A program made the position numbers and the translations under genes. Source: Octopus vulgaris (taxonomy: Eukaryota). Taken from it: a DNA stretch of 64,000 nucleotides. Below, in pieces: positions 40,149 through 53,170 of this stretch (positions are counted from its first letter, which is position 1; each line of letters starts with the position of its first letter). Under the pieces are notes generated by a model. The model was not told the DNA's origin and did no database searches. It saw only the letters and a list, made by a program, of their open reading frames with translations. The stretch spans positions 119,598,001 through 119,662,000 of the forward strand of contig OX597814.1 of NCBI GenBank assembly GCA_951406725.2, read 5' to 3'.

Positions 40149-41626
40149 CGTACGTGCATTCGCTAAGTCTTACAAAATTGAACTTAATTATAACCATCCC
40201 TCTGTCTTCCTCGATATTCGTTACCGGAAAATTTAGATTTATGTTCCTAGAATTTCAACAGAACATAAAGAATATGCGATATTTTTTAAACTTGAGCAAT
40301 TCTACTGAACATGTAAAGAAAGAAAAGAAGACATTTTGTTCCACAATTCTCTTATCATTCTTTTCATATCTTTAGATAAATAGACATGAGGCATGAATAA
40401 ATTTTAATGTATTCCAATACATCGAAAACTGCTAAAATGTACTTTCACAGTATTCCTTTTAAATATATTCATGTTAACGTGCTGGATAAAACGCATATTT
40501 TTCATGCCTTTTAACTAAGTTATGATAACTCACACAGGAATGTCATATTCAAATGTTAAACCTGGAGCTACAAATTATTCTAACAGTGGCTTCAGGCAAA
40601 TCAAAGCAAAAGTTATCAAAAGCTTTTCTACAATTTTTCATTTCATATGTTTTATAATTTATTACACCTTTTCTTTATTAAAACCACTTTTAGTGACATC
40701 GTTCACGCAATCTTATTACAATCTGCTTCAACTAAGTGCAGCAAAACATTCTTAATGTATTTCCGTACACCCAAAATGTGTCCATTGCTTTTACAAATAT
40801 CTACTGGTTAAAATCAGATTTCGAAGTTTTTCTACCCTTGTATTATTATTTTTTTTCTTCTTAATCATTCTTACGATGTTCTTGTCATCAAAAATAAAAC
40901 ATATTTGTCGATTTCAATATCTGAAAATAGCTGATCAACTAATATTACATAACTTCATAATCAGTATATATGTAACAGCCATATGCTGTTACATTAACCA
41001 CCGTTGCCATCGATTTTATTCTCTACGCAAGACCCAATCAAACTAGCCCGTTATATATTATCCAAGGTCGTCCGAATTATTTGTCCAATAACCGTTGTTT
41101 TCAGTTGATAACCGATTAATCTTACATTTGATAGCAAGCCAAACCATCTCAGGTTAACTTTCCAGATTTCAGTATTAACAATAAAATAAGGATTGATATA
41201 CTGTTATTTATTGGCATCACAAAACGTTTTAATTGGATGGGATTGAAAAGAATGTATAGCCGTTTGTGTTGGAGTTCTACACATCACCAATCTAGAGGAA
41301 GAAATCTATGTAATTCAATGATATTTAGACTAATTGGTGCTGAGATATAATCTCTCGGATATGCTAGCGACTTGAATTATTGTACCGGACGGTCTCATAC
41401 ATCAAAATTAAATGTAGTAGTAACTCTCATAAGTATATAATTCTATCATATGATAAATAGATTTACGTTTATATGTAAATCAGCGAGTCTATTTAATACA
41501 CAGGTACACTCATGCATACACACACACACACACAGAGCGTATATGTGTGCATATACGCACATACATATGTGTTTATGTATATATGTATATGTATGTATAC
41601 ATATATACATGTGTGTGTATGAATGT

Positions 41627-41696
<70 letters not shown>

Positions 41697-42199
41697 ATAT
41701 ATACATATGTACATAGCATAGAAACAAGGAATACAAAGTTATAATGTGGCTGTAAGAGTGACATAATTTTGCAAACCGTGGAAGAGATGGATTCTAAAGG
41801 CATGTCTCACTTAATATAAAGTGTCAAACTGTTGATGCTTCCATCACGCTCTCTCACATTAGCGAAGCATACAATTCTAACCGGTAAAATAATTAACTGA
41901 TTGAACAGGTTTCCTTGTCGAGAAAAGTTAAGTCACTTGTTTTTTAACACCTAGACAGCATTTTAATTCTTCTTATATTGCTAATTTTATATTTTGAAAA
42001 TCTGATATGCACCACCACATATACAACATATGTATGTATGAATTTATGCATGTGTATGGTGTGTGTGTGTGTGGTCTTTGTGTGTGCATGTATTAGCGCG
42101 TGTGTAAAGATAATGTAGAGCATTAAGTGTCAATTTGCCAAGCCTGGAGAATTGCACTTTTTACTTTGGTTTTAGTCTACCTGCACTTAAATAATTTTA

Positions 42200-43560
42200 A
42201 TCATCATTATACTGCTGCCATAACTATCCCAGTATGGAAGAAATCTATTTCCCTCAATTTCCCTCTGTATTCGTCTTCCTTAGTGATGTGAATATTCTTA
42301 CATTTGCTTCACCCTTGAAATCATGCTACATTTATGGTGCCAGGAATGAAGTTGAAAATCTTCTACACTCGCGCATCTTTGTGAAACGTAGAATATTCCA
42401 CACACTGATCGGTTTCTCACTTCCGCGAACTCGATTTATTAAATTAACATCTCTTCATCTAGGATAGTCTTAACACTTCTTTATCAAACACGACATGCTT
42501 CATTCTTGCTTCGTTCTCCATCTCCCGTCTTCTACATTGGTTGCTCTCCATGTCGTGGCTGTTGGTTGTTCAGGGATTCCCCTGTTCGTGGAAGAACATC
42601 CTTGACAATACAAATGTTTCACTTCTGAACCATGAAACAGGTGAATCAAACAATTATCTTTGTTGTAACCTCCATCATCTCTCGCAACAGAAGCAAAAAA
42701 AGCTAAACGCTCTTTGTGGTTTACTCGTAGGCGTGCTATAAAAATCCATTGTAAGAATACGGCAAATAAAATAAGAAAAAGTAAAAGAAAAACGAATGTA
42801 AAACACTCTGTATAATAAATTGAACAGCGTTTACCTATCAACTTCTGATAAATTACCGTTTGATATGAAAAAAGATAACTTCGTGAATCGCAAGACATTT
42901 CGTTTCCCAAATTGCCGTCGACCATTCTGATGACTTGCTTCCCCTCCCAAGAGAGAATGTTAGGAAATATGAAGTATCATCTTACTCTATCTCTCACAGT
43001 TATGAGGTTTCTGTAAGTAGTCGTTTCGCAGACAGGAGCAACTCTTGTTTTACCGCAAATTTTCCACGCATATCTACGCCAAAAATTCCTCCTATACATC
43101 TCATTCAGTTACATACCATAGTCACAGCAATATCTATCAAAACACTTAAAATAAACAAAACCTGAGACTAGCTTTTGCCCCTATATTAACCTCCAACAAT
43201 GAAATACAAAGTTACTTTTCCTATTCTCGAAACTCTCCATTCTGTACCTCACACTTTACATATCGCTTTGTCTGTTATGTCTCTGACCGATATCGAGCTC
43301 GATACTGAGATGCATTTTATGGTGTCTTCCATTGTTTTTCATTTCTAACAAAGTAAATCTGTTCGATGTCAGTGTTAAGAACCACATTCTACATCATGAA
43401 TCTCTCTATCACTCCAAATCCATCAATACGACTATAGAATTGAAATTCCAACTATCATCATGTGCCAAGACTGGTTCTTTATTTACTACTTTCCTTCTCC
43501 ACTTCAAATTATAAAGAGCTTCATCCGTCGATGTCCAGTTCTTTACAGTTTATACCACCC
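42200..43560 (-). mobile_element. Old RTE-type LINE RT remnant
   Basis: ELL..(YADDL decayed, about 43020-43045) and TWRATNVED..E*SM in and after ORF 42500-42925. Confidence 0.55.
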
Positions 43561-44192
43561 TTGTCTCTCTTGTGCAATTTTATACTCTAAACTCACCGAC
43601 GTACAATTAACATACCTTATTCCAAAATATATTGAATTCATAAAAAAACGCAGAAACACATTCAGTAAGCATTTAATATTTACCCTTTCAAAAACAAAAT
43701 ACACACAATCAGTTCACATATCTCTTGTACTCGATAACTCCTAATCAAGGTAATACCATGATGATTGCGACAAACATTAGTGGTCCCCCAATCATTAATG
43801 GCCTCTTTTGACAATCTCATATCGAAATCATTGAAAAATCTAGGCCTCTGAAATCTGTCGCGCTTGGTATAGCAAGAAGAAAAAAAACACTTTAGTTGTT
43901 AACAGTTGATAAATCAATACAAGGAGACAAAATACGATCCATTTGTAGTTCACTGCTTCAATATAATGTAAGTTATGTTTTTGGTGCATACAGAGATAAA
44001 TTTAACCTGAATGGCACTTTGCTTTTGACTCCGGTCTTTATGCAGTATATTCAACGTACCTACCATTCAATACGAGATTGATCTAATTATTACAATGCAT
44101 ATAACTAGTTTCTATAAGACTGACTATCACTGCTAAAGATAATTCTACATAATGGCCGGGGGTCAATGATTAAGGAATCTAAAAGAATGACG

Positions 44193-44257
<65 letters not shown>

Positions 44258-44269
44258 CATAGGGAGAGT

Positions 44270-44380
44270 TTACGAAAAAATAAAAGACGAAGACAGGTGG
44301 TGTACAAAACAAACAGATGTATTGGTATAACACTCAGGAATAGAAAAAGTATTTTACGTTTCGAGCCTACGCCCTTCTAT
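44270..44380 (-). mobile_element. Truncated copy of the CTGTTGA-hammerhead repeat family
   Basis: The minus strand reads GGCGTAGGCTCGAAACGTAAAATAC, and the flanks are homologous to 29800-29880. Confidence 0.6.
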
Positions 44381-44387
44381 ATACATA

Positions 44388-44803
44388 CAAAATTAAGAGG
44401 GATGACCACTAAAGTGGACACCTAATATGCTAAACATAGACGTCGCCAAAGTGAAGACATTTGAAAAATAGACCCAAATATAATTTGTAGAACATTATAC
44501 AGAGTCGATTTCAGTTGAGCGTTCTGTGTCTAGTCCTAGAAATTGTGTTTTGTAAGCAACAGACTACGCTGACGATCTTGCAGATACTTGCGTGTTTGCA
44601 TGTGGAGATATTAACAAGTGAAACCATTGGTACGTAGGTATCGCTTTTTATTTCGTATATTTCTATTTGCCTTGCCAATTTTTTTCAAATTTGGTATTTT
44701 GCTAAGATTTTTCATGAGAACACACTCTTCGTGATAATGGTGATTTGACGTCTATGTTTAGCATATTAGGTGTCCACTTTAGTGGTCATTCCTCTTTATT
44801 TTG
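44388..44803. mobile_element. MITE with near-perfect TIRs of about 57 bp and TA flanks (Tc1/mariner-type)
   Basis: CAAAATTAAGAGGGATGACCACTAAAGTGGACACCTAATATGCTAAACATAGACGTC, with its inverse at about 44747-44803. Confidence 0.92.
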
Positions 44804-44948
44804 TATATAACACAATTTTTAATCTTCGGATTTTTTTTATATATGCTAAGCCACTGGCCTTCTTTAATTAATATCAAGTTATACCCTTATTTAATTTTAT
44901 ATATCATAGATGATATATATATACATATATATATATATATACATATAT

Positions 44949-44991
<43 letters not shown>

Positions 44992-45004
44992 CATATATAT
45001 ATAT

Positions 45005-45066
<62 letters not shown>

Positions 45067-45096
45067 AAATTTGATACTGATTAGAAGATCGAAAAT

Positions 45097-45140
45097 CCAC
45101 CTGAAGATTGTCGGTAGCAGACATGAAACATTTGTAGTGG
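45097..45140 (+). ncRNA. Minimal type-I hammerhead ribozyme motif
   Basis: CCAC-CTGAAGA-T-TGTC..GACA-T-GAAAC-ATTT-GTA-GTGG: stem I CCAC/GTGG, stem II TGTC/GACA and a GTA triplet. Confidence 0.7.
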
Positions 45141-45224
45141 CGGTTTATTTAATTTATATTAAAATTTTATGTATTGATTAAGTCTTTCCTTGTTTGGTTT
45201 TAAAATAGTGGTTTTGTCTCGAAT

Positions 45225-45272
<48 letters not shown>

Positions 45273-45774
45273 TGAGAATCAGATAGAATAGACTTATTAG
45301 TGCTCAAGAGGTTTAAACTTGAGTGGGTGTAGAAGTAAATGTAGGGATAAGCAAGTTAGACAGATCAATATATAAAGTATATTAAATAGATGAAATACAA
45401 AATATATATATGTTTACATACGAAAAGGTACAACGTATACTGATTTCAAATGATACAGAGAATAAAAGGGGTTGAAGGAAAGTGTTACAAATCTAATAGC
45501 TTTTCTGGGTGCTCGTTTGTCCGAAATAATGATTGTGTATTGATTCCATCATAGGATGAGACGAGACTTCGACTTCTTGGAAGAGATCTTTACATTTGAG
45601 GTGTTGAACTTCATAGATCGAACCTTCTTTTAGGAACTGGATCAATGACAATATAAAAAGCTGTAAATAATAGCATGGATATATTATTTATAGTTTTGTA
45701 TATACTTTGAAATCCAAATCCCAAACGCAACTGATCCGTGATCTCTTGGAAGTTCATAAATCATGACCTCAACA

Positions 45775-46138
45775 ATGGCGAGGCTGTGTGCTAAGAAGCT
45801 TGCTTTCCAATAACATGGTTCAGGGTTCAATCCCACTGCAAGGCATCTTGGACAAATGTATTCTACTATACCCTCGGGCCAACCAAAGCCTTACTTATGA
45901 ATGGATTTGGTAGAGGGAAACTGAAAGAAGCCCGTCGTATGTATACATGTGTGTGTGTGTGTGTGTCTATTAGTTCCCTCGCCATAGCTTGACATTCGAT
46001 GTTTAAATCCCCGAAATATAGCGGTTCGACAAAAGAGACTAATAGAGTATGTACTAAGCCTACAAAGAATAAGTCCTGGGGTCGATTTCTTCGACTAAAG
46101 GAGTTGCCCCAGCATGGCCGCAGTCAAATTACTGAAAC
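45775..46138 (+). mobile_element. SINE family A copy
   Basis: GGCTGTGTGCTAAGAAGC..GGTTCAATCCC head and conserved 3' half. Confidence 0.88.
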
Positions 46139-46159
46139 TATATATATATATATATATGA

Positions 46160-46300
46160 AATTTATAGAGAAACAAAAAAAAAACAAAGACAGGTGTATG
46201 ACCAACAAGCCGGTATATTAGTTTGACGCTCGTGAAACTGAAGAAGTAGTTTACGTTTGGAGTCTATGCGCTTCAACAGAAAAGAATAAGAGAAAATAAA
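46160..46300 (-). mobile_element. Degenerate copy of the CTGTTGA-hammerhead repeat family
   Basis: The minus strand reads TTTTCTGTTGAAGCGCATAGACTCCAAACGTAAAC. Confidence 0.55.
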
Positions 46301-46481
46301 CATATAACCTGGTGATTCGGCATATGAGTGACTGATGGATTAATTATCAGCTTTAAATATAAGTACTTTGGTCTATTAATCGAACTAAACTCCTTAAGGA
46401 CGTGCCCCAGCTTCAAAACATTCAAATGAGAGAGGGAGTGAGAGTGAGAGTGTGTGTGTGTGTATGTGTGTGTGTGTGTGT

Positions 46482-46522
<41 letters not shown>

Positions 46523-46944
46523 TGTCCTGCGTTCCAAGATTACTGCTTGTGACAACAATATATTGCTTACTATCGGGCTGGTATTATCGCTTCGCATCGT
46601 TTGAAATTATCATCAGAGAACGTAATTAGATTTTAGTTTTAACTGTAACTAAAATCTTATTTCTAGTTTCCTTGGTCACGTTTAATTGTATTACTATCTT
46701 TTCCTTGCAATCTCATAGCAATCTTTGGGTTTCGCTTACGAAAATTAATATCATAGAACAGATTATAGCAACTAAATGAAATTTGTTTACATATACAAGA
46801 AACGCTTTAGTTTTACATCTAAACAAAGTCAAAACCACTCTTATAATTCTATTCGTTTTCCTATCTAAATATTGAAGGATAATATTTACACAGCGGGGAT
46901 GTTTTATTAGCAATATAAGCTTTTTCAACACGAATCCAACATCA

Positions 46945-47125
46945 ATGTGGAGGTATGTGTCTTTTCAGGTGTTTTTACGTTCTGAGTTCAAATTCCACAA
47001 AAGCCTAATTTTCCTTTTATCTATTCGGGTTGGATAAAATAAGTACCAATTGAGCACCGCGGTCAATGTAATACTTACCTAATCCCCCAAAATTGTTGGT
47101 CTTGTCCCAAAATTTGAAACTAATA
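46945..47125 (+). mobile_element. SINE family B copy
   Basis: TTACGTTCTGAGTTCAAATTCC..GATAAAATAAGTACCA..CCAAAATTTGAAAC. Confidence 0.8.
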
Positions 47126-49926
47126 TTAATTTTATCTTAGAATGTGTACAAAATATCAGCAGAAAAAGGAAAAGAAGTATTTTACCTGTCGCATACTATT
47201 ATCGTGAATAGTCACCATGCAATTAAGCTAATAGGGAAAAATAATTTATTTGTTGCATTTGCTTTTCATTAGGAAAAATATGCCACAGCCAATTATTTAA
47301 GTCCATCTTTATTATTATAATAGGACAAGTAGAATAATTTTAGAAACTAGTAAGAAATATTATGCCAATAATAACAATAGACTCCTATTAAATATTTATG
47401 GTGTATATACAAAACCATTATGGTAAGTAGGAAGCGAAACTTCGTTCGCTGAAATTTGTTTTGACATGGCATACTATAATTATATAGAAAATACTAAAAG
47501 AAAACTTATTTTTAAGTTATACTTTCTGAAGTTACTTTTGTGGCATGCATTCTTAATAGAGCAGAAAAAAAAGTTATATAATAGGTGGCAAAAAATAAAG
47601 GCAACTATAGAAACTGTATTAATTGTACTTTTAAGCATTTATACATGCAGTTCTATTCTACTAGCATAGAAGTTTCACATTCTGGCTCTCGGGTTTTCTA
47701 ATCAAGTATTATCACCGATACACACATATAAACGCATACACATGTCTACAATTACGAACACCAGCGTTTCTGACGTCACCTCATACAACAGTGTGTCTCC
47801 ATTTCCGGTCTGCAATGAAATTTTATTTCATACTGACTACGTTTGTTAAGTAAAAATGTCTCCCCCTCTTACCTAATGCTGAACCATTTATATATATCGA
47901 TCTGCTGAGATGGATTATTGTCCCAAACTTTGGACAGATCTACCACTGGAAATTTTCTGCTATCTAGAAAACATCGCTCTTAGCAAGGTATCACTGTCTG
48001 TGGCTGGAATGGTGTAGAAGTCCGAAAAATCTATCTATAGTTCGTAGGAAGTTACTTCCTGAAAGTACAGCCTGGTCAAAATTGTCAACGTAAAATGTGC
48101 CCCTTACATATATAGCAAATATTTCAGATTTTTTACATTTAGGTTTGAAATCCCGTAAGAAAGAAAAAATAACAAAAGGAAAATTAACTGCTGGTTTTGG
48201 AAAGACATGGCATGAACTAAGTAATACGACCCACAGTAACAGATATGACATTTGAAGTTAAATAATTGAAAAAAGATTTGAAGCAGACATTTCCTTCATG
48301 ATGTTTTCAAATTCCATTGACTACCCTTACATAGTAATGGAATGATCTGAGAAAAGTTACTACATTTTGGGCAAACAAGCAGTATTTGCGACTACAAACC
48401 ACGAACCGTTATATAGAATGAGTCAAAATATACGTAAGATCAATTCAAACTTGAAAAATATTAACTAGCTTTTAAATACAAAAAAAATATTTCACCGTTC
48501 TTCGTATAACTTGGGTGAAATATATGAATTCTGAAAGCCGTACACCTATTTCATCAGATTTTACATGTCATCAATATGATTTTCGTCTACAACGTCTCGT
48601 ATTCAAACAGTCTTCTCTGTCCATTACCTATTTGTCATCAATCTACAGTTTTACACCAAGTTACCTGTTGCATGAATAAACAATCTTCAGTAGGGTTTAG
48701 CAATAGCTTAGCAATAAATCTGCATTATTTTTATTGCGCTTTGTTTCAAGTTCAGCTTAATTACTAACGATTCATTACTATATTATCGCCTTTTATACTT
48801 CTGAGTGGTTGTTGCACTCTCACAAAGATCACCATTTTTTCCAATTATCTCTTTATTATATAATTGATTTGAGTGCCTCAAAAAGTAACACTATTGCTTC
48901 TTTTGGTGAGTAATAATGCAAGGATTGCAATGCATCGTATCACCTACCCTTTGCGAATCTAGTCTGAGAGAATGAATTAAAAAACCATTCAAAGTAGACG
49001 ATATAACGTGTTGCAACTCTTGTAGTTTAGTCACCAATTAGTACATTATTATATGTTAAGACACTCAGAATATCACTGAATAAGTCATAATGACACATTT
49101 ACTTTAATGGTAGGAATATAAACATAATCGTAGTATGGTGTTCTATATTTAATGAGTCTCGATTCTGTTATGCAGATTCAAACTCTAAACGGTCGTTCCT
49201 TCAAGTCTTTTATAATTTACTGACGAATGGTTAAACGAACCCAACTATATCTAGAAAAACATATTTCCTTCCAATTTTTGACCCTCAACACCTGCCAAAT
49301 GCGCTTCAAATGGAGCAGTGATTTATCTTAATCTATCGTTAATAACTATCACTGTTATGCCTTCTGGTCTTTCGCCATTTACCGTAACCAATAACATTCT
49401 AATGTTCCAGCAATATCAATCCATTTTCTTATGTTATGAGAGTAATCGCCATTTAATAGGTTGGATTCTCCTCCTACAGACTGTCCTGGAGATTAAAATT
49501 ACATTGTTCTCTCTATACCTGTCTCTCATGATATATAACGAATAATCACGCACATACAGTCCTTTAAAAAAAAACTTTGATAATTGTATGGATAACAAAT
49601 ACACTAACTACAAAATGAATTATAATATTTAGATACGAAACTATTTTCTGTATTTTAGGAATCCTTATAATACTCGTCTTTTCCCTACTTCTTATGAAAT
49701 TATATCAGTCTCATTGGTCACAGAGCAACACAAACTTTGACACAACAAAAGAAAATAATGTCAGTTTGTCTTCATAGAAATGTTAATGTCGACACAATAA
49801 GAATATTAAATTGTATGTACGGTTTTTTTTTTTGATGGCTAGAATATATAAGTGTATCAAGTTATATTTAAATATTTTCCTAATATACAAGACGAACATG
49901 ACAGTTTTATATTGAAGTGATCTTAC

Positions 49927-50040
49927 CTTCTTAAATTTGTTTAAATAATCTTGTATAGTTTCCAACATAATTCATCGGCCACATGACAAAAACATTCGCT
50001 TAAGCCACACCAGCAAAACAGTTCCTTTTCAAATATAGCC
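49927..50040 (-). other. Candidate start-codon exon (MLETIQDYLNKFKK followed by gtaaga)
   Basis: Good donor AAG/GTAAGA after an ATG-initiated frame. The acceptor is weak and no partner exon was identified. Confidence 0.2.
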
Positions 50041-50957
50041 CTAGACATACTTATATATATACATGATTGCGTAAATATATATGAAACCACACACACATAT
50101 ACACACATGAATGTGTGTATAATTATTTTCTTTCATCTTTTACCACGGTCATGAGTCTGTTATTAGACTTTATGGAATACAATATGGCACGAAAAATATA
50201 GCGTTCAATATAATGAACGTTACAACAATCGATCGTTTTGGATCATATTTTCCACAAATTATTCTTCTACAACCGACACAGGGTCACAACGAGGCTAAGA
50301 CTTATGCTACAAATGTCTTTTCAGAGAATAATAAAACACTGAATAAATCATTATATTTCACCTGTATTCACCTGACGTCTGCCATATGTTCTTCGGGTTA
50401 CACTACTTTTAACTAATGTATAAACATCAAAAATATTTATCGAAGACAATATCACGCTTGTATTGATGAATCGAAGAAAGTATTGTGTTGTTTTTTCTTC
50501 TTCAGTTCTATTTACAATTATTATTTTTCTTTCATACATTTCTCTTTTTTCTCTTTCTACATGATTGTCCATATTAATAAAAGTTGTTAATATATGATTG
50601 CATATTATATCTACAGCAGGTTAATATTAAGAGAAAACCAGCCAAAACACCACGAAGTATCCTGAATTCCACTAAAGGATTACGTTACGCATATACATTT
50701 CTTAAGGTTTCCTTTACATAAATATTGCTGATCAATGCTATTGTTAGGCAAAGAAAGATAAGCAATCCCCTTCATCTTTTGCTTTTTTTCTGAGGAAACA
50801 AAGAAATCGCGTTGTTATGTAATTCCTTCATTGACTGGCAATGAAACCAAATATATATTCTGTGAATCACCACACTGTTAATTCAGTTCCTTCGATGCTA
50901 ATGAGCTTAGAATATCGGAATACTTATAAAAGAACACGTGTAATTGATAGAAATAAC

Positions 50958-51182
50958 GGGCGAGCAGCTGAAGACCTGGGCAATGACGATAGAGGATGAC
51001 GTCTCCGAACTATCAGGTCCGCAGGTGGTCGGTCTGCGCAGATGGAACCGCGAATGGCTCGCTATCTCCAGTGACCTCACGCAGGACCGACGAGCGTGGG
51101 CCGCCATGGTTCGTCATGCCGCCAGGACCAGAGAAGAAGCCGGCTGAACCCGCCCTGGGTGAACGCCGTCACAAGTACAAAT
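50958..51182 (+). mobile_element. Young 5'-truncated RTE-clade LINE 3' end with an 11-bp target-site duplication
   Basis: GEQLKTWAMTIEDD..SGPQVVGLRRWNREW..QDRRAWAAMVR..EAG*. TSD ATAGAAATAAC at 50947-50957 and 51183-51193. Short CAAGTA-type tail. Confidence 0.9.
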
Positions 51183-51211
51183 ATAGAAATAACAGAGAAA
51201 TGCTTGGTACA

Positions 51212-51245
<34 letters not shown>

Positions 51246-51303
51246 ACACACATAGCTTTATGTATAACATATGTTTATTATATGTTAATATTCTTTTATT
51301 GTT

Positions 51304-51995
51304 TTAAACTTTGCCGCTCCTTTTGGTCTCAAGTATCGTTCGGTATTTACCTGCGTTGAATTTGGAATTTGCTTGTGTTAATTGAACGTTGTCTTGGTCT
51401 TTCTGTAGAAGACTAGCATCAGATGGTTCCTTGACTGCTTGTATTAATTTTGTGTCGTTGGCATAGCCAGTAAGTGCGGCTGTCTGTGTAACTGATGGCA
51501 TGTCTGAAATAGCCACCATGAACAGCAGCGGCCCCAGTACAGTTCCTGAGGCACTCCACTTCCTATTAATGTCTCCTTGGAGAGGACTCCGTCGGATGCT
51601 ACACCCTGACGTTTGAGTGATTCATTGTTTCAACACCCATTATTAATCCTTAAAAATCTGTGTAAAGCAGCTTCTTTGTGAGCCAAAGCCATGTTGTGTG
51701 TCAGGAATCAATCTATTATCTTCAAGGAACGTTATTAACTTCTTTCACACAATTCGTTCCAGGACTTTGCTGACATGGGAAGTCAGCTCTGCTGCCCTCT
51801 TCTGCTGGATATGCCTCCCTTTAACGTTTTGGGTATTCTCCCAGTTGTGAGGACGTCCTGGAAGAGAATCTGAAGTGGTTTTGCTAGAGCCCGTTTGTTT
51901 TTGTTTAGGATGATTGCTAGGAAACCACAGGGACTCTGGATGAGTTTGAGGGCATCAGTTCCCTCTATTTTGATGATTTCAATAATTGCCATATA
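51304..51995 (-). mobile_element. CR1/Jockey-group LINE RT fragment
   Basis: [29 protein letters not shown] and GYANDTKL (YADDTK). Confidence 0.85.
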
Positions 51996-52211
51996 TAATA
52001 TATCATATACATATAGCATATGTATATATATAATATATATATATATATGTATATATTTATATAGATATGTATATATATGTATATATTTATATGTATGTAT
52101 ATATATTTATATATCTATGTGTATATCTATATATATATATATATATGTGTGTGTATATATATATATGTATATATCTATATGTATGTATATATATTTATAT
52201 ATCTATGTGTA

Positions 52212-52304
<93 letters not shown>

Positions 52305-52313
52305 CAATGTTAC

Positions 52314-52368
<55 letters not shown>

Positions 52369-52377
52369 TTTATTATT

Positions 52378-52445
52378 CAGGTCACTGCCTGGAATCGAAC
52401 TCGGAATTTTGGGGTTAGTAGCCTGCGCTCTTAACCATTGGGCAA
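52378..52445 (-). other. tRNA-like segment (SINE-type head, not a tRNA gene) followed by (AAT)n
   Basis: The minus strand reads CAATGGTTAAGAGCGCAGGCTACTAACCCCAAAATTCCGAGTTCGATTCCAGGCAG, with A-box and B-box but no intact acceptor stem. Confidence 0.7.
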
Positions 52446-52494
52446 TTTTGGAGTGAATTTTAGGAATGAGAACCCAGGTTCGAAATTTCCTCTA

Positions 52495-52539
52495 GACACC
52501 TGATGAAGACTAGATGTATTTCAGCCGAAACGTTGCGTT
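52495..52539 (+). ncRNA. Minimal type-I hammerhead motif, partly decayed
   Basis: GACAC-CTGATGA-A-GACTA..CAGCC-GAAAC-GT-T-GCGTT, with palindromic AACGTT stem III and mismatches in stems I and II. Confidence 0.6.
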
Positions 52540-52979
52540 AATATCGAACAAGATGAGGACAAATATCCGTCAAATGTAAATAATATAAATAATATGGACG
52601 AAGGGCTCTCCCCTAAATACTTATAATGTGCAGACTACCCATCATATAAGAATTTCGTAATCCCACATCAGTATATCATGTGTACTCAGTTTCATAAGCT
52701 GCATGCACTCCAGCTGTCGAAGTTCACTCGGTATTGTTCACATCCTGCAAATGAATTGTGTCACAAGGTTAATTCTAAGCGCCACCTGCATCTTCAAGAT
52801 TAGGCAAATGTAAGAAGAATCGGGTAATAATATCTTCATATTTAGAAACTGGTAATAATGATATATGTGCATTTCCTTTCCTTTAGTAATCATTGCTATG
52901 CATCATGTTCATTCTAAGGTGTAAGTATATCGAATTTACTGTCAGCTACCTTAAAATGAGTACAGTTAATTATTTGACT

Positions 52980-53170
52980 CGAAGTTTGGTACGAGGTCGG
53001 TAACTTTAATTCGTTGACCTCAGTAGTTTAAAGTTACTATATTTTACTGATCCCGGAAGTATAAAAGGCAAAGTTCTCCTCAATGTTATTTGAACTCAGA
53101 ATGTAAAGAGCCGCAGGAAATGCTGGTAAGTATTTTCTCAGAAACCCAAAGTTTCTATCTGGTCACTGCA
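52980..53170 (-). mobile_element. SINE family B copy (degenerate)
   Basis: AAAGGCAAAGT..TTTGAACTCAGAATGTAAAG. Confidence 0.7.

Noticed and set aside
45490-45556. Minus-strand hammerhead-like remnant (similar partial motif near 26190-26215)
   Set aside because: The cores are too mutated to support a call.
47770-47812. TGACGTCA (CRE) and TTTCCGGT (ETS) motifs close together
   Set aside because: Short motifs with no identified transcript are insufficient for a promoter call.
47991-48251. 86-aa ORF with a signal-peptide-like start
   Set aside because: No recognisable family and no supporting structure. Such ORFs arise by chance in AT-rich DNA.
52378-52445. tRNA gene candidates here and at the SINE heads (11700, 15095, 25791, 45775)
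   Set aside because: A/B boxes are present, but the cloverleaf is incomplete and each continues into repeat body or tail.
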